Assembly (NCBI GenBank): GCA_041908405.1
Contig: JAYRFH010000019.1
Span: 1-46,513, forward strand
Source: Candidatus Zixiibacteriota bacterium
GTDB lineage: Bacteria > Zixibacteria > MSB-5A5 > GN15 > FEB-12
DNA length: 46,513 nucleotides
Direction: 5' to 3'
Part shown: piece by piece, positions 24,893 to 33,900 of the stretch
Layout of the letters: each line of letters begins with the position of its first letter
Position numbering within the stretch: the stretch's first letter is position 1
Program-made: the position numbers and the translations under genes
The notes under the pieces: generated by a model
Told to the model about the DNA's origin: nothing
Databases searched by the model: none
The model's input: the letters and a program-made list of their open reading frames with translations, nothing else

Positions 24893-26080
24893 ATGGGAAC
24901 AAACGCACTCAAGATCATGGTCGTGGATGACGAACCCGACATCAAAATGCTGATCCTCCAGAGGTTCCGCAAACAGATCCAGGCAGGCCAATGGGAGTTC
25001 GTGTTCGCCGAGGATGGCGAGGAGGCGCTGGTTCGACTCGACGAAAATCACGATATCACGCTCATCCTCTCTGACATCAATATGCCCCGCATGGACGGCC
25101 TGACCCTCCTGCAGCGCCTGCAGGAAAGGGATAGGCCGGCGCTCAAGACGATCATTGTGTCAGCTTACGGCGATATGGAGAATATCCGGACCGCCATGAA
25201 TCGCGGCGCGTTCGATTTCGTCACCAAGCCGATCGATTTCAATGACCTGCAGATGACTATCGAGAAAGGGATGAAAGAGATTCAGACTATGCTGTGCTCG
25301 ATCGAGGATAGGCGAAGTCTGCTGGCGGTGCAGCGTGACCTCTCTGCCGCGACGCGCATCCAGCAGTCGATCCTTCCGCGAACCTTTCCGCCGTTTCCAC
25401 ACCGGACCGAATTCGCTATATACGCCGAAATGCATCCAGCCAAAGATATAGGCGGCGATTTCTACGATTTTTTCTTCATTGATGAAACGCACCTGGGATT
25501 TGTGATAGGCGATGTATCCGGAAAGGGGATACCGGCGGCGATCTACATGGCCGTCGCGCGCACGATGATCAAGGGCATAGCATCACAGGTGTTGGACCCG
25601 GGTGATTGCCTGGCCAAAGTGAATGCCATGCTGGTGCCGGAAAGTGACGCGTCCATGTTTGTCACAGTTTTTTACGGCGTGCTTGAGACCACCACGGGAA
25701 TCGTCCGCTACAGCAATGGCGGGCATAACGCGCCATATTTGATATCCCGCGAAGCTGCTGTCATTCAGATTGAAAGCGGCTCGGGCATTCTACTCGGTAA
25801 GTTCGCGCCATTTGACTTTGACACACGAGAGGTGCGACTGGCCGCTGGCGATCGCTTCTTGATGTACACTGACGGTGTCACGGAAGCGCTCAATAGTTCG
25901 CACGAGATGTACTCCGATGAACGCCTCGCTCACCATCTGTCCTCCCGCAGACCGGATACTGTCACCAGCCTGGTGCAAGGGATGGTGGTCGATGTACTGT
26001 CGTTTATTGGTAGGGCGGACCAGTCAGACGATATCACAGTCGTTTCGCTGGAATACAACGGTGTGAACGGCGGAAAATAG
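24893..26080 (+). CDS. Response regulator with PP2C/SpoIIE-family serine phosphatase output (RsbU/RsbY-like)
   Basis: REC domain (IMVVDDEPDIKMLILQRFRKQI...LSDINMPRMDG...TKPIDF), then PP2C motifs GGDFYDFF, GDVSGKGIPAAIYMA, YSNGGHNAP, YTDGVTEA and SDDITVV. Confidence 0.9.
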   Translation: MGTNALKIMVVDDEPDIKMLILQRFRKQIQAGQWEFVFAEDGEEALVRLDENHDITLILSDINMPRMDGLTLLQRLQERDRPALKTIIVSAYGDMENIRTAMNRGAFDFVTKPIDFNDLQMTIEKGMKEIQTMLCSIEDRRSLLAVQRDLSAATRIQQSILPRTFPPFPHRTEFAIYAEMHPAKDIGGDFYDFFFIDETHLGFVIGDVSGKGIPAAIYMAVARTMIKGIASQVLDPGDCLAKVNAMLVPESDASMFVTVFYGVLETTTGIVRYSNGGHNAPYLISREAAVIQIESGSGILLGKFAPFDFDTREVRLAAGDRFLMYTDGVTEALNSSHEMYSDERLAHHLSSRRPDTVTSLVQGMVVDVLSFIGRADQSDDITVVSLEYNGVNGGK

Positions 26081-26106
26081 GCGCAGGCCACGTCTCAACG
26101 GGCCAT

Positions 26107-26901
26107 TTATTGACTCACCTCCCCTTTCAACGCCCAAGCCCGTGCGCGAAGTGGAATCGAGCCATCTTCCTCGATCGGAAGCGCGTTCAGCAACCTTTGT
26201 CTTAGTCTTTGACGTTGAGAAGCTCTCAATGACATGAGATAAGTTGGTGCCGGTCCCTGCCCTCCAAGAAACGGTTGCCAGTAGTCTTCGAAGTTCTCAA
26301 AGCGTGTCATGATCTCGATCGGGGCCAACTCCACATGTGAAAATCCAGCCTCTCTCATCAGGGAACACAAAGATTCGGATCCCGCGTTCGGGAAGCGGCG
26401 CCCTTCATGCAGACTAGCTACTTGCGGTTCCAATGCGACCGCGGCGTCCCAAAATGCATTCAACAGGTCCATCGTCCCAGCATAGTCCCAAACATACAGT
26501 GCAACTGTTCCTTTCGGGATGGTGACTCTCTTCATTTCGACGAGAGCTCTGACCGGGTCGGAGACAAAGTTCAATACAAGTCCGGACACCGCAAATTCTA
26601 TAGACTCGCTTTCCACTGGTATGGCCTCTGCATCCCCGACTTTGCAGTGGACCAGATTCCCCAACCGCCTTTCAATACCCGCCATGAATTCATCCGACCG
26701 ATCTACCGCCGTGAGTGCTGAAGGGGCGCATTGCTTCAATACGGCTTCACTCAACGCGCCCGAGCCGCAACCAACATCCAACCATCGCAACCCGGAAGCG
26801 GGAGATAACCAATCAAGAAATGAACGGGCCACAAGTCGGCTCCACCTCCCCATAAATCGTTCGTAGGCATCGGCAGATTTCCATGAGTCCTGCAAGCTCA
26901 T
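26107..26901 (-). CDS. Class I SAM-dependent methyltransferase
   Basis: Motif I WLDVGCGSGALS and an acidic post-I region. Length is 264 aa. Confidence 0.85.
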   Translation of the reverse strand: MSLQDSWKSADAYERFMGRWSRLVARSFLDWLSPASGLRWLDVGCGSGALSEAVLKQCAPSALTAVDRSDEFMAGIERRLGNLVHCKVGDAEAIPVESESIEFAVSGLVLNFVSDPVRALVEMKRVTIPKGTVALYVWDYAGTMDLLNAFWDAAVALEPQVASLHEGRRFPNAGSESLCSLMREAGFSHVELAPIEIMTRFENFEDYWQPFLGGQGPAPTYLMSLRASQRQRLRQRLLNALPIEEDGSIPLRARAWALKGEVSQ

Positions 26902-27180
26902 ATACCGTTCCTCACTGGAATAGGGTGCGATCCGAATTCAGAATGCAAGGTACTGAAAAGAAGTACGTGACATACGTCTGTACTATTGGCGGGGTTATTA
27001 AATTGGGTCGGCGGCCGATGGGCTCCGATTCTGTGAGTAGCGCTGGCGACTTCTCTTATTGCCGCAAGGGCCAGCGAAATGGTGGGCCGAATCAAGTGTT
27101 GCGACGGCCGGCACAATCACCTATTTTGTCTACCTTGAAAACGACTTTACTGTAAGCAGTACCAGAGGTTAGGCAATCAG

Positions 27181-29190
27181 ATGAGTTCTCCTGCTCCCGA
27201 TAGATCAGCGAAAAACGATACCCGGCCGACGTTTCCCTGTCGAGCCGTCGTGACGGCTGGGATGCCGTACGGCAACAAAGACCTCCACTTCGGCCATATC
27301 GGTGGGGTGTTTGTCCATGCGGATATCTACGCCCGCTTCCTGCGCGACCGGATAGGCAAAGAGAATGTGCTTTTTGTCTCCGGCACGGACTGCTACGGGT
27401 CTTCGATCGTAGAAGCATTCCGTATCGCGGTGTCGGAGAAAGGGTTCACGGGAGATATTGAGCAGTTTGTCCGGTCAAACCACGAACTGCAAAAGAGATC
27501 CCTGGCCGCGTTCGACATTTCGCTTAATCTTTTTGCGGCGTCGGCGCTCGATGGCCCGGCCAAAACGCACAAGGAGCTGTGCGAGCAGCTTATGAGACAG
27601 CTGCATCAGAAAGGGCATTTGACCCAGAGAACAGGGCTTCAATTCTTTGATACGGTGACCTCGCTTTTCCTCAATGGCCGGCAGGTTGAGGGGATCTGCC
27701 CGATCGATGGTTGCCAATCCGACAAGGGATATGCTGATGAGTGCTCGCTGGGTCACCAGTACGAGCCGAAGGATCTTATCAATCCCAAGAGCACCCTTTC
27801 CAGTTCGGTTCCTATCTTGAAAGAGGTCAGCAACTGGTATGTTGATGTCCCCAAGTTCAGACCTCTTCTCGAAGAATGGCTGCGCAATGTGGAAGAAAGC
27901 CCGCATGGTCGTCCATTTGCGGTGAAAGCAATCAGGGAGTTCTTCGAGCCACCGATCATCTTCGTCAAGAAGGATGACATGGAGTCGGTCAGCGGGATCC
28001 TGGGAACCAAGCATCCCTTCACCGAACGGACCAGCAAAAGTCAGTCTGTTGGTTTAGTGTTCGAGAGCCTTGAAGAGCGTGAGCGGGCATGCGCGACTCT
28101 CGTTGAGGCGGGGATCCGCTTCCGGACAGGGAAGACGCTTGTGCCGTTTCGACTGACCGGCAATCAGGAATGGGGTTTGCCGGCGCCTGTCCTGGAAAAT
28201 GAGCCGGAACGGACCTGGTGGGTTTGGCCGGAGTCACTCATCGCTCCAGTTTCGTTTTCTTCCTATTGCTGTCAGAGTGGGATAGCCAAAAGCTCAGGCT
28301 GGGAAGAATGGTGGTGTGACAAAAACGCAGGGGTCTTCCAATTCATCGGCGAAGACAATGTCTATTTCTATGGTCCGGCGGAGATGGCGATGTTCCTCGG
28401 CTTGCAGGGGAAGAATCCAACGTTGCCTGCTCCCGAAGGCACGATGCAATTGCCGGTGCTGGTCGTGAACAAACATGTACAATTCCTCAATAAGAAAATA
28501 AGCAGCAGTGGGCCGATCAAACCACCGGCCGCCACCGAACTACTCGACTATTATACTTCGGATCAATTGCGGGCGCACTTCTTTGGACTTGGTCTTGGGA
28601 AACAGGGCGTCAGTTTCCGGCCGAAAGCGTTCGATCCTGATGCCAAACCTTTGGATGCCGACCCGGTGTTGGTCGAGGGGAACTTGCTCAGCAATGTACT
28701 GAACCGCTGTGCCCGATCCTGTTTTTATACTTTGCAGAAAGAGTTCGGCGGCCGGATGCCAAAACACAAGGTGAGCGAGGAAGCATTGTCCGTCTCGCGA
28801 CAGGCGGTCCTTACTTATGAACGTCAGATGCACGCGCATCAGTTCCAGCAAGTGATGGTCACGGTGGACAAGTATATTCGTGATATCTCCAAATTCTGGG
28901 CGAAACACTCCAAGGCCGACGAGTCTGGCGGAATCAATCCCCAGTCTTTGGTCGACCTGTTCTACTATGTGCGAATAGCGACTTCGCTAGTCCACCCCAT
29001 CGCGCCGCGCGGCACTGAATTGATCCGGGAATATTTTGGAGTTGGGGAAGAGCTCTGGTCCTGGGAGCGGATCTTTGATCCACTGGATGCCTTCGTGCCG
29101 GATATTTCAAAGCATGAGTTCGGAGTACTCCCGCCACACTTTGACTTCTTCGTGAAGCACGAATCGCAGATAAGCCAATACAAGGCGTGA
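27181..29190 (+). CDS. metG: Methionyl-tRNA synthetase-like class I ligase, divergent (KMSKS replaced by KISSS)
   Basis: Collinear with E. coli MetRS. MPYGNKDLHFGH (HIGH at 27286-27297), GTDCYGSSI, knuckle CPIDGC..DECSLGH, FIGEDNVYFY, NKKISSSG (28495-28509), DQLRAHFF. There is a ~70-aa insertion after FEPP. No C-terminal Trbp111 domain. Confidence 0.65.
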   Translation: MSSPAPDRSAKNDTRPTFPCRAVVTAGMPYGNKDLHFGHIGGVFVHADIYARFLRDRIGKENVLFVSGTDCYGSSIVEAFRIAVSEKGFTGDIEQFVRSNHELQKRSLAAFDISLNLFAASALDGPAKTHKELCEQLMRQLHQKGHLTQRTGLQFFDTVTSLFLNGRQVEGICPIDGCQSDKGYADECSLGHQYEPKDLINPKSTLSSSVPILKEVSNWYVDVPKFRPLLEEWLRNVEESPHGRPFAVKAIREFFEPPIIFVKKDDMESVSGILGTKHPFTERTSKSQSVGLVFESLEERERACATLVEAGIRFRTGKTLVPFRLTGNQEWGLPAPVLENEPERTWWVWPESLIAPVSFSSYCCQSGIAKSSGWEEWWCDKNAGVFQFIGEDNVYFYGPAEMAMFLGLQGKNPTLPAPEGTMQLPVLVVNKHVQFLNKKISSSGPIKPPAATELLDYYTSDQLRAHFFGLGLGKQGVSFRPKAFDPDAKPLDADPVLVEGNLLSNVLNRCARSCFYTLQKEFGGRMPKHKVSEEALSVSRQAVLTYERQMHAHQFQQVMVTVDKYIRDISKFWAKHSKADESGGINPQSLVDLFYYVRIATSLVHPIAPRGTELIREYFGVGEELWSWERIFDPLDAFVPDISKHEFGVLPPHFDFFVKHESQISQYKA

Positions 29191-29236
29191 ACGAGGGTGA
29201 CCTGATTGTCAGCTCTGATGAAACCTGAAATCGATA

Positions 29237-30712
29237 ATGGATTCAATGGATAAGAATAAAGTTGTCACCCGTTTTGCCCCCAGCCCATCGGGCTATATGC
29301 ATATTGGGAATCTCCGCACCGCGCTCTACTCCTATCTCCTGGCAAAATCGAATGACGGTCTGTTCATCCTGCGGATCGAGGATACCGACCGCAAGCGGCT
29401 GGTCGAGAACGCGATTCAGATAATCTATGATACGCTCGAACTGGCGGGATTGAAGTACGATGAAGGTCCGGGCAAAGGCGGCGCGAATGGTCCGTACATT
29501 CAGAGCGAGAGATTGGATATCTACGTTGAACATGCCCGCACACTGGTCGACACTGGTCATGCGTACTACTGCTTCTGCGACAGCCAGGAACCGAGCGAAC
29601 CAACGACCGATGAAGTCGGTTTCGGCTACAACCGACAGTGTCGAAAACTGTCACCGGAAAACGTAAGGATGAAACTTGACAGTGGCACTCCCTATGTGAT
29701 CCGTCAGAAAGTGCCGCTGGATGGCGCGACCGCATTTCATGACGAAGTCTTTGGCAATATCTCACGCGCGAACTCGGATCTTCAGGATATCGTGCTCATC
29801 AAATCGGATGGTTACCCGACGTATAATTTCGCCCATGTCGTAGACGACCACCTGATGGGTGTGACCCACGTTGTGCGCGGCTCCGAGTATCTTTCATCGA
29901 CCCCGCAGTATGTCCTGCTCTATGACGCCTTCGGGTGGGAGCGGCCACACTATGTACATCTTCCCCTGATCATGGGCAAAGGAGAGGACGGTACCGTCTC
30001 CAAATTGTCGAAACGGCATGGCGCGGTCAGTTTCCAGGATCTCGTTGAGGACGGCTACTTACCGGAGAGCATTGTGAACTACATCGCTCTACTCGGATGG
30101 AGCCCGAAAGATACCACCGAGGAGTTCTTCACTCTTGCGGAACTGGTGCAGCGTTTCCGTGTGACGGGAATAAACAAATCATCATCGATCTTCGACTTCG
30201 AGAAATTGCTCTGGTTTAACGGCATGTATATCCGCAAGCTGTCGCCTGAGCGGTTCAAAGAACTCGCGCTGCCTTACGTGCGGAAGGTCATCACGCGGGA
30301 AATTGATATTGAGAAACTTTTGACCTTGATACAACCGCGTATCGAGAAACTCTCGCAGATTCCCCAGCAGATATCATTCTTCGAGGCATTTCCTCAGTTT
30401 GACAGTGAGTTATTTGTCAACAAATCGCAGAAGGCAACGCTTGAGAACGCGGTCCAGATCCTGCCTCCGGCGATCGAACTCCTCAAGGATATTCAGGTTT
30501 GGCAAGGCCCTGTTCTGTTCGAGGAGCTGAAGAAACTAAGCGCTACCCTTGGCCTGAAAGCCGGCGCGGTAATGTGGGCAGTTCGAATCGCTATATCCGG
30601 TACTTCTGCTACTCCCGGCGGAGCAACAGATATTCTTGACATACTCGGGCGGGAGGAATCACTGCGAAGATTGTCTGAGAGCCTGGCCAAGGTGAAAGCC
30701 CATATTGGCTGA
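29237..30712 (+). CDS. gltX: Glutamate--tRNA ligase
   Basis: RFAPSPSGYMHIGNLRTALY (HIGH) and KLSKRHG (KMSKS). 491 aa with typical bacterial GluRS collinearity. Confidence 0.93.
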   Translation: MDSMDKNKVVTRFAPSPSGYMHIGNLRTALYSYLLAKSNDGLFILRIEDTDRKRLVENAIQIIYDTLELAGLKYDEGPGKGGANGPYIQSERLDIYVEHARTLVDTGHAYYCFCDSQEPSEPTTDEVGFGYNRQCRKLSPENVRMKLDSGTPYVIRQKVPLDGATAFHDEVFGNISRANSDLQDIVLIKSDGYPTYNFAHVVDDHLMGVTHVVRGSEYLSSTPQYVLLYDAFGWERPHYVHLPLIMGKGEDGTVSKLSKRHGAVSFQDLVEDGYLPESIVNYIALLGWSPKDTTEEFFTLAELVQRFRVTGINKSSSIFDFEKLLWFNGMYIRKLSPERFKELALPYVRKVITREIDIEKLLTLIQPRIEKLSQIPQQISFFEAFPQFDSELFVNKSQKATLENAVQILPPAIELLKDIQVWQGPVLFEELKKLSATLGLKAGAVMWAVRIAISGTSATPGGATDILDILGREESLRRLSESLAKVKAHIG

Positions 30713-30988
30713 AGTCGATGTAGGTACCATCACTGCGTTTCGTGATCTGTTAGCGAATCACCATTCGATTGTTTGAGTACTTCACAGGTTCAGATCAAAT
30801 CAAAATAGTCCTTGCGGATAATGGACTATGTACGTACATTATTGCTACATAGGGTAACGGGCTACTGTGGCCCGTCGGCCTGGAGACATATAAGTATCTC
30901 CGCGCCATCCGAAGCGCACTTTCTGATGGGTTCCTCTTCTGGTACGTTTCTGTGATCGTCATCCCGTCGGCACTTCCATTCACTCTCG

Positions 30989-33900
30989 ATGCTTCTTGAT
31001 AGGTATTTTATACACTTTCGCGCTCACCGCAGGGGATTGGTCGGCAGCACGCTGATTATCGTTCTTTGCCTGGCTGTTCTCTGTCCTGCTGTTGTTTCGG
31101 GCCAGGACTGGGGTGGGACCATTTTCATGCACCCCTTTCCCTCACCGTACCTGAGTGACTACGAGCGGAATCCAACCAACGGGTCCCTGACCATTACCAA
31201 CAACAGCGGCGCGGACGCGGACGTGATCCTCGAACTGACGATCATCCGCGAACAGAGCGGTATCCTTGCGCATGGCAGCAGTAATCCGTTTACGGTCACT
31301 TCAGGCGGAACTATCCAGCTCAATTCTGATCGATTCGTCGATTGGGGCTCCGTATCTTATGACGGAGCGTTTCGCGACGAGATACTTCGTACAGGACGTT
31401 TGCCGGAGGGTGAATACTCGATCTGTATAGCGATCCGGGATATTGCCGGAAACAGCCTGGCAACCGACATCTGCGCGACCTTCACCATTGTCTACCCTGC
31501 CCCGCCATCACTGATCTTTCCGATGGATGGCGACACCGTGATCACGCAGTACCCTGTATTCACCTGGACTCCGCTGAATGTTCCCCCCGGATACCAACTT
31601 CGTTATGTCCTGACGATAGTCGAGGTATTGCCGGGACAATCCGACCACCAGGCATTGTTGGCAAACATTCCACAATACGACAACGACCAACTAGTCACGA
31701 CCAACTTTCAGTATCCAATGGACGGACTCCCCCTCGAGGCAGGCAAGCGATACGTCTGGCAGGTTCAGGCTGTCGACCAGAACGGATTTCCGCCATCGAG
31801 CAATCAAGGGAGAAGTGAGATATGGTCCTTTGTCGTGCGAAGCGCGAGTGATTCGGTCCTCTCTTCCGGACCTCTGATTGTTGAGATAGCGCCGGACGCG
31901 ACCGGCTCACTGAGCGATTTCAATACCTCCAGCTTCGAAAGTGTCGCGGGTCGGCTCGATACGTACAACCGCACTGGCGGCACGGTGCAGATACCGATGA
32001 AGGCGGACGATGGAAGCTCCACCTTCGACAAGGTCGTACTGAAAGCGGCCGAGCATGGCATCTTCATTGATCGGGATAAGAAGTCCATCGCCGTCAAGGG
32101 TGAGTGGACAAAGGCGGGACATACCTACGAAGTGATGTTCACCGCTTTCTGGGGTGATGAGCATGATCCGCGTCAGAAGAGCCTGACGTTGAAAGGTCCG
32201 CTGTTGTCGCGGGTGTTTCCTGAAGTACTGGAGGGACTAGAGGAAGAGTACCTGATGTTCGCGACCGCGGATTTCGACCTGAAGGTGGAGGACCTCCCGG
32301 ACAACGCGGCGGAATTCTTTGGCGCCGCGGATGAAGTTGAACTCAAGCCGGGACTCAATTTCCTGGGGAAATTCGATCTCCATCGTGCGCCAAACCTGGC
32401 GGATGTCATGTCCAAGCTCGGAGTGGAGGAGCCGTATACGGAACTTCGCGGATATATCACCCGAGATGTCAGTTTTGCGTTTTCCAAAGGTGAAAAGCCG
32501 ACTCGAGACATTACCTGGGAGATCGCGCTGGTCGGCAAGGTCCCGATCACACGCTCACTGATCAGCTGGATGCCGGAGGCTGACGCGGAATTGGAAATTG
32601 CGTGGGAGCGGGAGAAATCGAGCAAGCAGGGACCTGATTCGCTTGAAAAAAAGCTCACTCCCAAGTTGAGCCTGATAGCCAAGGTCACATTTCCATTCCT
32701 GCAAAGCGCCGCCCGACTGAATGACACGATCGAAGTTACCGGCGCCATCGCGCTTGAGTTTGAATCTGCCAGCAAGCCGGATGTCATCGCCTCGCTTGCT
32801 TTCGATGATATCATCAATTTCCCCAAATTCGAGAATGTCTTCAAGTTCCACGACCCGGAGATCGAGTGGAATATCACGAAGGGGGACGTCACGCTGAAAG
32901 GGGAGTTTGATTTCGGCAAATTCGAGAAGGCCGGCACCATAGAAGTCGAGATCGCCAAAAAGGATACGACCACCACTAAAGTCGATTCAACCGGGTTGCA
33001 GCCCTCGACCAATTCAACCTCCGGCTCGCCGGGAGGTGCCACTCCGACCACTGGAACGCCCGCGCTGCCATCTAAGGTCAATCTCGCCGCCATGATGAAC
33101 AAGGAACAACCGGAGCCGATGTCCGGCGAGAAGAAAAAGAGCAACCGCGAGGTCAAGGTGACTGCCAAGTTTTCGCAATCGGCGCTCCGGTCGCTCACGC
33201 CGTGGAACCTCGTCAAGACGGGATTGAATCTCGCAGAAAATCTGGGTGTGGAGCCGGAGTTTTTGAAGGACGTGCCATCACTGCAGGAACTCGCTATGTC
33301 GTTCTCGCCGGGACAACCATCGTCCGCGGTGCTCAGAGGGAAGACGGAGTTTCAGGGATCCTCTACGGACGTCGTAGTCGCCCGTGCGGAGACACCAACC
33401 AAGAAGGGATTTGTACTTGGCCTAAAACCAGAGAATTGGTCGATCAAGAAGTATGTGCCGGATTTCAGCATGCCCGGTTTGGATAATCTCGACCTCTCCA
33501 ATGTCGCGTTGATCTTCAGCAATGTCGAAGGGGTGATGCCATCCTCCGAAATGACTGAAGAAGAATTCTCATTTTATTCCGCGGCTTACGGCAGTGATCA
33601 ATTTTCGGCGGTCATCAAACCTGGACTCAATCTGATCGCCACTATACCGGGGGAGGATTTAGTATCGGATGGTCCGCTTCTTGCGATCATGAACAAGCTG
33701 GGTGTGGAACGAGGCAAGGTCCTGTTACAGGGGAGCCTGAGTAAACGTCTGAAGGATGCTTACTTTTTGGCGGAATTCCCGGCGATGCAACCCGAAGGGG
33801 CGCCGGAGTGGTTCAAGTCAGGTCAAATGGCAGTCGAATTGACCGGTCAGCCCTCAATTGCTTTGGCTGGACTCCTGACAGTGGCAATAGAAGAGGACAT

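Noticed and set aside
26107-26901. Methyltransferase as an RsbM-like modulator of the adjacent kinase/REC-PP2C cassette, by analogy with B. cereus RsbK-RsbM.
   Set aside because: It is convergently transcribed, so not in the operon. It has a generic class I (Methyltransf_11-like) motif rather than a CheR-type fold. Linkage is probably coincidental.
26902-27180. T-box or SAM riboswitch leader upstream of the MetRS-like gene.
   Set aside because: I could find no T-box consensus (AGAGA/GNUGGUA-type), no specifier architecture, and no S-box core motifs. The region also serves as the divergent promoter for the methyltransferase gene.
32173-33216. 347-aa minus-strand ORF inside the giant gene. Similar antisense ORFs occur at 33847-34332, 34469-34996 and 34537-35190.
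   Set aside because: These are Ser/Ala/Arg-rich low-complexity products antisense to a long uninterrupted sense ORF, with no start context or motif. The same reasoning applies to 7455-8183(-), 18282-19142(+), 23977-24747(-), 15387-15995(-) and 27475-28014(-).
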